From Anaerolineae bacterium (GTDB lineage Bacteria; Chloroflexota; Anaerolineae; B4-G1; DUEL01): 42,868 bases of DNA. A model generated the notes under the pieces. The model was given only the letters and a program-made list of their open reading frames with translations. It did no database searches and was not told the DNA's origin. Numbering within the stretch: the first letter of the stretch is position 1; each line of letters opens with the position of its first letter. This document shows, one piece after another, positions 1 through 8,050 of this stretch. The position numbers and the translations under genes were made by a program. The stretch lies in contig JAFGOJ010000454.1 of assembly GCA_016926575.1 (NCBI GenBank), positions 1 to 42,868 of the forward strand. The letters run 5' to 3'.

Positions 1-314
1 CCCAAAAGCGCCCAAACAACCAACAGGATCACACCCAGGATCGGCAGGCCGAACAGGATCACCAGCATCCTGCCGGTCGCATCCACCTCTTGGTCGCCAT
101 CGGTGCAAATGGTATTCACCGCCACGACGTCTCCCCGCAGGTCGCTCTGGGACCTCGTCTTGCTGTCCAGGTGCATACCCGGAGGGCACAGAACCGGCGA
201 CAGGAATCCCAGGGCTTGTGGGGCGAACGCCCCCAGGACAAACAACACGGGGCACATCAGGATATTGAGCAATGCGAAGACGAGCAGCGCTTTCAGCAAG
301 ATAGACTTGGACAT
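1..314 (-). CDS. hypothetical membrane protein, N-terminal part only (gene runs off the left edge)
   Basis: Hand reverse-translation from ATG at 314-312 gives MSKSILLKALLVFALLNILMCPVLFVLGAFAPQALGFLSPVLCPPGMHLDSK...MLVILFGLPILGVILLVVWALL with no stop down to position 1. A GGAGG Shine-Dalgarno (complement of 321-325) lies 6 nt upstream. There are two hydrophobic helices. The ORF track omits it because no stop lies in the window. Confidence 0.5.
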   Translation of the reverse strand, partial: MSKSILLKALLVFALLNILMCPVLFVLGAFAPQALGFLSPVLCPPGMHLDSKTRSQSDLRGDVVAVNTICTDGDQEVDATGRMLVILFGLPILGVILLVVWALL

Positions 315-328
315 TTTCTTCCTCCATT

Positions 329-679
329 TCAAACTACCACTTGTTCAGCGACCGAAGCTGTCGTGACCGCTTCGACATGGACCAGCTTCCGAATGGGCCA
401 ACCTCGTGATTCTTCGTTTCCTGAACTATCCGAGGCCGAAGTAACGCGGGAGAAGGTCGCCACCTCTATGTCATACAAGCAGATCTCGTTCACGCTATCT
501 GGCCTGCCCTCGCTCAGGAAGTCGGAATCGCCCTGGAGGGCGACGATCGTCCCGTCGGGGCTCAGGCTGGGATGCCAACTGTCCCGCAGGCTGTCTGAGG
601 CCAAAGTGACGCAGGTACAGGTCATCGCCGCCGTGTCGTACAGCCAGATTTCAACTATTTGTTCACGGACTGGTTTCAA
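329..679 (-). CDS. PD40/TolB-like beta-propeller repeat protein, probably a fragment
   Basis: 116-aa ORF with PD40-type repeat signatures (SWHPSLSPDGTIVAL, ICLYDIEVATFSRVT, SGNEESRGWP). It is only about 2 repeats long, has a TTG start and no signal peptide. Its 5' end overlaps a + strand promoter-like site. Its stop lies 15 nt upstream of the next minus-strand gene. Confidence 0.4.
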   Translation of the reverse strand: MKPVREQIVEIWLYDTAAMTCTCVTLASDSLRDSWHPSLSPDGTIVALQGDSDFLSEGRPDSVNEICLYDIEVATFSRVTSASDSSGNEESRGWPIRKLVHVEAVTTASVAEQVVV

Positions 680-687
680 GATATAAT
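659..687 (+). promoter_or_regulatory. candidate sigma70-type promoter for the SARP regulator (TTGTTC-N17-TATAAT)
   Basis: ttgttc at 659-664, a 17-nt spacer, and tataat at 682-687, about 80 nt upstream of the ATG at 768. Confidence 0.35.
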
Positions 688-767
688 CACGCCATCAATT
701 TCAGCGGGACACCAACCATCATAGCCCATCACCGTCACAAGAACGTCACAGGCGCAGATTCTTTCCT

Positions 768-3700
768 ATGGCTCGACTGGAAATTGCCCTCCTTGGCACC
801 TTTCAGGTCAGCAAGGACGGAAACCCTATCACACGCTTCGAGACCGATCCAGCGCGGGCGCTGCTGGCCTATTTGGCCCTGCATGTCGGCACCCCTCTGC
901 GTCGGGAGACACTGGCCGACCTGCTGTGGCCCGATCAATCCCGCCCGGAAGCGCTGCACACACTGCGCCAGACGCTGAACCGGCTGCGCCGCGCCATCGG
1001 GGATCGCGAAGCAACTCCTCTTTTTTTGCACGCCACGCGCCAGATGATCCAGTTCGACTCCGACAGCGACTATTGGCTCGACACACACGCCTTTGCTCGC
1101 CTGATCGCCGCCATCCGCGCACACGCCCATCGCCGCCTGGAGGCCTGCCGCGCCTGTATGCAGTGTCTGACAGAGGCCGCCGATCTGTACCGTGGCGACC
1201 TGCTGCCCGGGTTCAATCTGAACAGCCTGCCCTTTCAAGAGTGGCTAACGATCGAGCGCGAGTGCTTGCATCGGCAGGCGATGGAAGCCTTCTATCACCT
1301 GGCAGACTGCCACAACCGGCGCGGCGAGTACGCGCAGGGTCAGGATTATGCCCAGCGCCAACTGGAGCTAGAACCATGGCGCGAGGAGGCCCACCGCCAG
1401 TTGATGGAATCCCTGGCGTTGAGCGGGCAACGCAGCGCGGCTCTGGCCCAGTATGAGGTGTGTTGCCGCACGCTATCGGAGGAACTGGGGGTGGAGCCAG
1501 AGACAGAGACGCTGTCGCTCTACGAGCAGATCCGCAGCGGCGGTCTGCAAATCGGCGGGATGCCCCCCCACAATCTGCCAGCGCCGCTCACGCGCTTCTT
1601 GGGGCGCGAGACTGAGCTAGATCGCATCGCCGACCAGCTCAACGACCCTGACTACCGGCTGCTGACCCTGGTAGGGCCGGGCGGCGTTGGCAAGACACGG
1701 CTAGCCTTGACGGCTGCCAGGCGGGCAGTCGGCTACTTTCCCGATGGGGTGTGGTTCGTGCCCCTGATCGGGATGCGCGAAGAACCAAAGGAGGAGCTGC
1801 ACGAACGGCTTGCGACCGCCATCGGGAGTGCGATAGGCATCACTTTTTCCGGCCCGGATGATCCCACGACAGAGCTGCTCAGGATCCTGAGCCCCAGAGA
1901 AGCCCTCCTGATCTTGGATAGCTTCGAGCACCTCACTGCTGGCGTCGAACTTGTCCTGGAAATCCTCAAGCAAGCAGCCAAGATCGCCGTGTTGGTCACT
2001 TCACGGGCGCGGCTCAACGTCCAGGCCGAGCGTCTCGTGCAGATTGCAGGCCTACCGGTACCACCCCGGGATGATAGCCCGGAAGCCGGCCGCTACAGCA
2101 GCGTACAACTGTTCCTCGACCGAGCCGCCTGCACAGCGGGCACCCTTGACCGCGATCTGGGCCAGGTCGCGAGCGTGTGCCGACTTGTGGAGGGAGTGCC
2201 GCTGGCCATCGAACTGGCGTCTGCCTGGGTGGAACGTCTGCCGCTGGCCGAGATCATCGCCAACCTGCAGCGCGACGTCGATTTTCTGTCGGCGACGTTT
2301 CAGGATATTCCAGAGCGTCACCGGCGGCTACGCGCGGTCTTTGAGAGTTCGTGGCAGCTGCTCTCAGCGCCGGAACAGCGCACCCTGGCCCAATTGGCCG
2401 TCTTTCGCGGAGACTTTAGCCAGACGGCTGCCCTGGCCGTGGCCGCAGCCCGGCAGGCCGAATTGGTCGGCTTGACGCACCAATCCCTGCTACAGCGCAT
2501 CAGTCCCGATAGGTACACCCTGCACGCGCTGGTGCACCAGTTCGCCGCTGAGAAACTGGAAACCATCCCCCCCCTGGCAAGCGCATACGAGAGTCACAGC
2601 ACCTACTACCTGGCCTTCGTCAGCGAGCGGGCCGGCAGTCTGGGAGGAGACACGCCTCAGCAGGCCGTCGCCGAGATCCAGGCCGAGAGCGCCAACGTGC
2701 GCCAGGCATGGCAGTGGGCGGTGGCCCAGGTCGATATGAGAGGCAACCCGATCCCTCACATCACTGCCCTCGGCCAATGCTCCGAAGGGCTGACCCAGTT
2801 CTATATGCAGACCGGACTGCTCCGCGAAGGCGAACATGCCTTTCGAGCTGCTGCAGGCCGACTGCGGCCTGCCGTGCAAAGCGACGGGACGTTTTCTCCA
2901 GAGCTTTCGGCCGCCGCGCTGCGGGCGCTTTCCAAGCTGCTCTCAGCGCAGGGGCACCTTCTGGCCTGCATGGGCGATCACGCGACCGCAGTCACTATTC
3001 TCCAGGAGGCAGACGCCGCTTACGAACAGGCAGCCACAGTCCTGCCAGACAGCGACCCGGCAGGGCGAGCAACACTGTTGGTCAATCTGGGCACCTCGTA
3101 CAACCGGGTAGGAGAGCGGGTGCAGGCTGTGGAACGCCTCAAGGCAGGCCTGGCTCTGGCCCGTCAGGCCGACGTTCCACACGTGGAAACGACGGCGCTC
3201 AGCACACTGGCCCAGGTCGCTTGCGAGCAAGGAGCCTATGACACAGCACAACAGTACTCGGACGAGATGCTGATGCTGGCCCGCAGCCGAGGAGATCGAG
3301 CGTGTGAAGCGTCCGCGCTATCCATGCTAGGTTCCATCGCCTGGCGATGGGGAGACGTCGAGCAAGCAAGCCAATGCATCTGGGAAAGCCTGACGATCTG
3401 CAGGGAGCTTGGCCACCGACACCGACTCCCACGCTTGCTCAACGTCTTGGGCGTGATCTCCATCGTGCAGGAAGACTATGACCAGGCCGAGCGGCTGTGG
3501 GGAGAAGGGCTGAAAATGGTGCAGGAGATGGGTGATCGTCAGGCGATGGCCGACACGCTCAACAACCTCGGCTACGTCAATCACCACCACTTGGGAAACC
3601 TCGAGAAAGCAGAGCAATACTACAAAGAGTCTCTGGCAATCGCCAGGCAGATCGGCCACCGGCAGGGAGCGACCAGTACCCTGAGCAACCTGGGGCACCT

Positions 3701-4097
3701 TCACGTCCTGCTGGGTGAGCACACACGGGCCTGGGACTACCTGCACAAGGCATTGAGCGAGTCTACGGCGATTGGAGTGATCCCCCTGACCCTGGATGCG
3801 TTGGTTGGCGTGGCCCGGTTGCAGGCTGCGGCCGGGCAGCGAGAGTCGGCGGCAGCGTTGGCGGAGCTGATAGTGAACCACCCGGCCGTGGAGGCCGATA
3901 GCGCTCAGGTTGCCGAGGCCATCCTCACCGAGCTGCGCGAGGTGCTCCCCGCCGGGCAGATCGACGCGGCGCTGGAACGCGGCAGGGGGATGGAACTGGA
4001 CGCGATCGTCGCAGAGCTACTGGACGAGAAGTGGACACGCGAGGCAACCCCTGTCCAGTCCTCATCCCCAGGCTCAAGCGATTCAGCGGGCCGGTAG
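768..4097 (+). CDS. AfsR/SARP-family transcriptional regulator: N-terminal wHTH+BTAD, central P-loop STAND/NB-ARC-like NTPase, C-terminal TPR array
   Basis: 1109 aa. N-terminus reads LEIALLGTFQVSKDGNPI...LLAYLALH...LADLLWPD...TLRQTLNRLRRAIG, followed by a BTAD-like YRGDLLPGF...ALAQYEVCCRTLSEELGVEPETETLSLYEQI. Walker A is LVGPGGVGKTRLAL. The C-terminal half holds many TPR-like units (NNLGYV...EKAEQYYKESLAIARQIGHRQGATSTLSNLGHL). Confidence 0.9.
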   Translation: MARLEIALLGTFQVSKDGNPITRFETDPARALLAYLALHVGTPLRRETLADLLWPDQSRPEALHTLRQTLNRLRRAIGDREATPLFLHATRQMIQFDSDSDYWLDTHAFARLIAAIRAHAHRRLEACRACMQCLTEAADLYRGDLLPGFNLNSLPFQEWLTIERECLHRQAMEAFYHLADCHNRRGEYAQGQDYAQRQLELEPWREEAHRQLMESLALSGQRSAALAQYEVCCRTLSEELGVEPETETLSLYEQIRSGGLQIGGMPPHNLPAPLTRFLGRETELDRIADQLNDPDYRLLTLVGPGGVGKTRLALTAARRAVGYFPDGVWFVPLIGMREEPKEELHERLATAIGSAIGITFSGPDDPTTELLRILSPREALLILDSFEHLTAGVELVLEILKQAAKIAVLVTSRARLNVQAERLVQIAGLPVPPRDDSPEAGRYSSVQLFLDRAACTAGTLDRDLGQVASVCRLVEGVPLAIELASAWVERLPLAEIIANLQRDVDFLSATFQDIPERHRRLRAVFESSWQLLSAPEQRTLAQLAVFRGDFSQTAALAVAAARQAELVGLTHQSLLQRISPDRYTLHALVHQFAAEKLETIPPLASAYESHSTYYLAFVSERAGSLGGDTPQQAVAEIQAESANVRQAWQWAVAQVDMRGNPIPHITALGQCSEGLTQFYMQTGLLREGEHAFRAAAGRLRPAVQSDGTFSPELSAAALRALSKLLSAQGHLLACMGDHATAVTILQEADAAYEQAATVLPDSDPAGRATLLVNLGTSYNRVGERVQAVERLKAGLALARQADVPHVETTALSTLAQVACEQGAYDTAQQYSDEMLMLARSRGDRACEASALSMLGSIAWRWGDVEQASQCIWESLTICRELGHRHRLPRLLNVLGVISIVQEDYDQAERLWGEGLKMVQEMGDRQAMADTLNNLGYVNHHHLGNLEKAEQYYKESLAIARQIGHRQGATSTLSNLGHLHVLLGEHTRAWDYLHKALSESTAIGVIPLTLDALVGVARLQAAAGQRESAAALAELIVNHPAVEADSAQVAEAILTELREVLPAGQIDAALERGRGMELDAIVAELLDEKWTREATPVQSSSPGSSDSAGR

Positions 4098-4128
4098 TAC
4101 GAGAGGGATGGGTTTCGGTGCGCGCGAC

Positions 4129-4207
4129 CCGGCCTGCCTTTGCCAAGAAGCGAAACGGCCCTACCCCGTCCGCACCGGGCCAGTACTGGATCGCCTCGGC
4201 CAGATCC
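4129..4207 (-). repeat. Copy A: decayed comM 3'-end fragment plus a shortened R1 flank module
   Basis: 4161-4207 (ctaccccgtccgcaccgggccagtactggatcgcctcggccagatccg) aligns with 12934-12979 (ctaccccgcccgcctgggccggtactgaatggcctcggccaggtgcg). The core gggcc..cg matches at about 29/34 with one 1-nt indel. The minus-strand reading is DLAEAIQYWPG versus comM HLAEAIQYRPR. 4129-4138 ccggcctgcc and 4147-4155 gaagcgaaa match the ends of R1 (12831-12840, 12852-12860). The central ~70 nt of R1 is absent. Confidence 0.6.
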
Positions 4208-4228
4208 GTCCTGAGCGCAGCCGAAGGG
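4208..4228 (-). repeat. short GC-rich dispersed-repeat unit (CCTTCG-N5-GCTCAGGAC type)
   Basis: The reverse complement cccttcggctgcgctcaggac shares ccttcg...gctcaggac with the two in-frame copies at 32226 and 32511. It abuts the point where copy A stops matching comM. Confidence 0.45.
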
Positions 4229-4256
4229 TGAGGATGGCTCATTGGGCCTTCCCCGT

Positions 4257-4285
4257 TTGACAGCCTGCCGGAGAGCGCCTATACT
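4257..4285 (+). promoter_or_regulatory. near-consensus sigma70-type promoter for regulator 2 (TTGACA-N17-TATACT)
   Basis: ttgaca at 4257-4262, a 17-nt spacer (gcctgccggagagcgcc), and tatact at 4280-4285. It lies about 75 nt upstream of the ATG at 4362. Confidence 0.55.
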
Positions 4286-4361
4286 CTGTGCGAAGGACGA
4301 GGCACACAGCCTCAAGCGGGCTTTGCCGGAACCTCATTCGGATACAGAGACAGCGTGCTCG

Positions 4362-6287
4362 ATGACTGTGCCTTCGATCGCCGACCTGATTGACGAAAGC
4401 CTGGCCCTGGAACGAGCAGGCGAGATCGCCGCTGCCCTCGACCGGGCGCGCCAGGCGCTGGACGTGGCGCAGTCGGCGGGGGAGCCGGGAGCGGTTGCGG
4501 CAGCCCTGGTCGCCGTGGCCCGCTTTCGTTTCCGCATGGGACAGTACTCGGCGGCGCGCGCCCTGGCCGAGGAAGCGCTGGCGCTGGCCGCGTCGGAGGC
4601 TCCCGCCCGCGCCGATGCCCTGCTCATGCTGGGCATGTGCGCCGCCGAGACCGAGTCGCTGGCCGAGGCGGAGGACTATTACCGGCGTGCCGCGGACCTG
4701 GCCCGCGAGATCGGCGAACACCTGCTGCGTTTCCGCGCGCTCAACAACCTGGGAACGACGGTCTATTTCCCCCGCGGCCAGTTCGACCTGGCCCTGGCTG
4801 CCCTCCAGGAAGCACTACGCCTGGCCCGCCAGCAGGGTTGGGACGAGTGGCTGCCCTACCCCCTGCTCGGCCTTGCCTGGGTCTACCAGTTCACCGGGCA
4901 AATGCAGCGCGCCCGCGAGATGCTGGACGGAATGAAACGGGTGGCGCAAGTCGCAGCCGTGACCGAGGGGTATCACGTCAGCACGTCGGCCCAACTGGCA
5001 CTGGACGAAGCCGACCTGGAAGCGGCCCCGCCACTCTTGGCCCAGGCGCGCGCCGTGGCCGAGAGCACCGGCGATGCAGGGCTGGGTGTCGAGGCGCGAA
5101 TCATCACGAGCCGCTATCACCGCCTGACCGGCAGCGGGCCCGCCGCCCGCGACTGGGCCGACGACGCCTTGAGCATGGCCCTCCGCACCGGCTACCATCA
5201 CGAGCAGGGCCAGGCTCTCATCGAGCGCGGGCGCGCCGCCTGGGCGCTCGGCGACGGCGCAACGGCCGAAGCCGACCTGCGCGCCGCCATCGACGTTATG
5301 GCACCCCTGCCAGCGAATTTCGACATCGCCCGCGCCGCGCTCTTCCTCGCTGCCCTGCTGCACAGCCAGCGCCGGCCGGAGGCCCGCCAGGCCTGGCAGG
5401 AAGCAGCGCGGCGCGTCATCAACGGCGGCTATGCCTTCCTGCTGGAACAGGAACGAGCGCTGGCCTTTCCCCTCGTCGCGGCTCACCTGGGCGACCCCGA
5501 CCCGGAAACGGCGGCCCTGTCGGCCGCGCTGCTGACCCACCTGGAACGGGTGCCGCCGCCGCCCCTGCACGTCGTCGCCCTGGGCCGCTTCGAGGTGTGG
5601 CAGGGCGCGCGCCTTGTCCCCGAAGCAGCATGGCGTCAGCGCCGCGCCGGAGAGCTGTTCCGCCTGCTGCTGACCAGCACGCGGCGCCGCCTGTCTCGCG
5701 ACCAGGTTATCGAGGCGCTCTGGCCGGACAAGCCGCCGGGCGCGGCGAACACCCCCTTCCACCAAGCGACCTCGGCGCTGCGCCAGGCGTTGGAGCCGGA
5801 CCTGCCGGACAAGTTCCCCTCCCGCTATCTGGAGGTCGAGGGCGGGCAGGTGGCGTTGCATCTGCCGCCTGGCTCCACGATCGACCTGGACACCTTCGAG
5901 CACCACGCCCGACAGAGCGAGTGGGCGGCTGCCGCGGCGCTCTACGGGGGTGCCCTGTTCCCAGACGACCGCTATGCCGACTGGGCCGCCGAACCGCGCG
6001 AGCGGCTGGCGCAACTGTTTGTGGAAGTCGCGCTGGCGCTGGCTCGCCAGGCGCTGGAGGGCGGGCATCCTCGCGAGGCGCTGGCCTCCGCCCGCCGCGT
6101 CCTGGGAGTCGATCCCTGGCAGGAGAACGCCGTCCTGGTCGGCATGCGAGCTTGTCTGGCCCTCGAAGACCGGGTCGGCGCGCTGCGCCTCTACCGCGAC
6201 CTGGAACAGGCGCTGCGCCAGGACCTGGGCGTGGCCCCGCAGGTCGAACTGCAAGAGCTCTACCAATCCCTCGTAAGTTTTTTGTAA
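4362..6287 (+). CDS. TPR-repeat protein with C-terminal SARP-type wHTH + BTAD (reverse-order SARP regulator, no NTPase domain)
   Basis: The ORF is open from 4242, but the ATG at 4362 (MTVPSIADLIDESLALERAG) is the likely start. The N-terminal ~430 aa are TPR-like (ALLMLGMCAAETESLAEAEDYYRRAADLAREIGEH...). The C-terminus reads LHVVALGRFEVWQGARLVPEAAWRQRRAGELFRLLL...QVIEALWPD...SALRQALEP, followed by BTAD (YGGALFPDDRYADWAAEPRERL...ALRLYRDLEQALRQDLGVAPQVELQELYQSL). Confidence 0.85.
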   Translation: MTVPSIADLIDESLALERAGEIAAALDRARQALDVAQSAGEPGAVAAALVAVARFRFRMGQYSAARALAEEALALAASEAPARADALLMLGMCAAETESLAEAEDYYRRAADLAREIGEHLLRFRALNNLGTTVYFPRGQFDLALAALQEALRLARQQGWDEWLPYPLLGLAWVYQFTGQMQRAREMLDGMKRVAQVAAVTEGYHVSTSAQLALDEADLEAAPPLLAQARAVAESTGDAGLGVEARIITSRYHRLTGSGPAARDWADDALSMALRTGYHHEQGQALIERGRAAWALGDGATAEADLRAAIDVMAPLPANFDIARAALFLAALLHSQRRPEARQAWQEAARRVINGGYAFLLEQERALAFPLVAAHLGDPDPETAALSAALLTHLERVPPPPLHVVALGRFEVWQGARLVPEAAWRQRRAGELFRLLLTSTRRRLSRDQVIEALWPDKPPGAANTPFHQATSALRQALEPDLPDKFPSRYLEVEGGQVALHLPPGSTIDLDTFEHHARQSEWAAAAALYGGALFPDDRYADWAAEPRERLAQLFVEVALALARQALEGGHPREALASARRVLGVDPWQENAVLVGMRACLALEDRVGALRLYRDLEQALRQDLGVAPQVELQELYQSLVSFL

Positions 6288-6350
6288 GTCCCCGGTGCTA
6301 CACTGATCCCCAGAGTGCAGGCTGAAAGCCGAAGGGGGATCGGAAAGCCT

Positions 6351-6569
6351 ATGCGCACAACCCAAACCTTCATCCTGCGCCTGCTGGCCGACTCGGACGA
6401 GCTGGGGATGCTGCACGGGACGCTCCACGCCGTCGCCAGCGGCGAAGAGGAGCCCTTTGGCGACGCGGCGACCTTGCTGGCGCTGCTACGCCGGATGACG
6501 AGCGCCGCGCCGGGAGACACATCCCTCCGTCGAGACGAGGACGAAAAAACAAAGGAGAAAGACCTATGA
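6351..6569 (+). CDS. small hypothetical protein (72 aa), translationally coupled to the downstream secreted protein
   Basis: MRTTQTFILRLLADSDELGMLHGTLHAVASGEEEPFGDAATLLALLRRM followed by a charged tail. A G-rich SD (aaggggga) lies 11 nt upstream of the ATG at 6351. Its TGA (6567-6569) overlaps the next ATG (6566-6568) as ATGA, and the next gene's AAAGGAG SD sits in its last codons. Confidence 0.55.
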   Translation: MRTTQTFILRLLADSDELGMLHGTLHAVASGEEEPFGDAATLLALLRRMTSAAPGDTSLRRDEDEKTKEKDL

Positions 6570-7957
6570 AAACGCGACTGTCCACCCTGTTCATTGTCAT
6601 CCTGACCCTGGCCCTGCCGTCTGGTGGGGCAGCTGCCCAGAGGGCGGCCAACTGTGGGGCGAGCCGCTTCCCGATCGCTGACCTTGCCGCGACGACGCCT
6701 CGATCGCCCGGCGAGGTTGCGCCCGGCAGCGCAGCAAATGCTCCCCAGCCACAGGGGGCCGGGCTGGAATTGGGGCCGGCGCTGAACGCCGCACAGACGA
6801 TGACCTACACCGTCTACCTGCCGCTTGTGGCCCGCAACGCGGTTCCCTGTTTCCTAGACGGCTTTGCCAATCCGGGCAGCGGTTGGTACGTGGGAGCGGA
6901 CAGCGGGTGGAGCGTGAGCTACCTGAACGGCGAATACCAGATCCTGCTCACGGAAAACGATTACTGGGCCTTTGGATCGCCCTCCCAGCCGCTGCCAGAT
7001 GATTACCGCCTCGAGGTCGACGCCCGTCTGATCACCGACACCCTGGGCTCCTATGGCCTGCTTTTTGGCGCCGATGAGTTGGAAGAGACCGGATACGCCT
7101 TTGTCGTCTTTCCCACCGAACAAGCGTACGTGATCACCCGGCATAACGCCAATGGCACCTTCACAACGCTCGAAGACGAAGACTATAACCCGGTCATCAA
7201 CCCCGACACGGCCACCAACCGCCTGCGGGTCGACCGCATCGGCTCGTCAATCCACGCCTACGTCAACGACGTGCTGGTGGCGACCTGGGAGGATGACAGC
7301 TATATGGGGAGCGGGCTCACCTTTGGCCTGGCTGCCAACAGCTACGATGAGGGCGCTGTCGATGCCCGCTTCGACAACTTCTCGGCCTGCCAGGCGGCGC
7401 TGCCCGCCTGGCTCTATTCCGAGGACTTTGCCGTGGGCGGTCGATGGTATGAAGGTGACCAGGGTTGGGCGCAGTGGAGCTATCAGGGCGCCGAGTACGA
7501 GATCCTGATCCTCAATACCAATTCCTGGGCCTACTCCCAAGTGCCCCTGGAGGGCGGCCTGCCTCGCTTTGCGCTCGAGGCCGATATGCGCTTTGCCACC
7601 AGCACCTTGGGCAGCTATGGGCTCAACTTTGACCAGGTGGACGATCATCATCTTTACAGTTTCATCGTGATCCCGGGAACCCAAGAGTATGGCCTCTGGA
7701 AGTTTGACACGGACACCTGGACCGCTCTCGTCAATTGGACCACCTCGGCCTCGATCAACGCCGGCACAGCCACCAACCGGCTGCGGGTGGAGCGCGACGG
7801 GGAGCAGATCAGGCTGTACGCCAACGGCGTCCTGCTGAACAGTCTGTCGGATGCCAGCTACACGGGCAACCAGGAGATGAGCCTGTATGCCGCCTGTCAC
7901 GGCGACGCGCCCGTGGCGGCGCGCTATGACAACGTCGTCTTTGGCGAGCTGCCGTAG
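6566..7957 (+). CDS. secreted protein with two tandem ~170-aa ConA-like/LamG-like jelly-roll (lectin-fold) domains
   Basis: Signal peptide MKTRLSTLFIVILTLALPSGGAAAQ, a low-complexity linker, and a TYTVYLPLVARN motif. Two homologous units follow. One reads YLNGEYQILL...DYRLEVDARL..LGSYGLLFG...TATNRLRVDRIGSSIHAYVNDVLVA...ARFDNF. The other reads YQGAEYEILI...FALEADMRF..LGSYGLNFD...TATNRLRVERDGEQIRLYANGVLLN...ARYDNV. There is a strong SD. The fold assignment is an inference from the motif pattern. Confidence 0.8.
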   Translation: MKTRLSTLFIVILTLALPSGGAAAQRAANCGASRFPIADLAATTPRSPGEVAPGSAANAPQPQGAGLELGPALNAAQTMTYTVYLPLVARNAVPCFLDGFANPGSGWYVGADSGWSVSYLNGEYQILLTENDYWAFGSPSQPLPDDYRLEVDARLITDTLGSYGLLFGADELEETGYAFVVFPTEQAYVITRHNANGTFTTLEDEDYNPVINPDTATNRLRVDRIGSSIHAYVNDVLVATWEDDSYMGSGLTFGLAANSYDEGAVDARFDNFSACQAALPAWLYSEDFAVGGRWYEGDQGWAQWSYQGAEYEILILNTNSWAYSQVPLEGGLPRFALEADMRFATSTLGSYGLNFDQVDDHHLYSFIVIPGTQEYGLWKFDTDTWTALVNWTTSASINAGTATNRLRVERDGEQIRLYANGVLLNSLSDASYTGNQEMSLYAACHGDAPVAARYDNVVFGELP

Positions 7958-8050
7958 GCCCTGACGGCACGGGAGACGGCCGGGCGCACTCGATGTTGCC
8001 GCGGTGGAGAGCGCACGGATGAATACAGGGAATAGAAGAGGAGACAGGTT

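Noticed and set aside
4637-6428. 562-aa (+) and 537-aa (-) ORFs overlapping regulator 2.
   Set aside because: Their translations are Arg/Pro/Gly low-complexity. The 4362..6287 frame gives clear TPR and wHTH+BTAD motifs.
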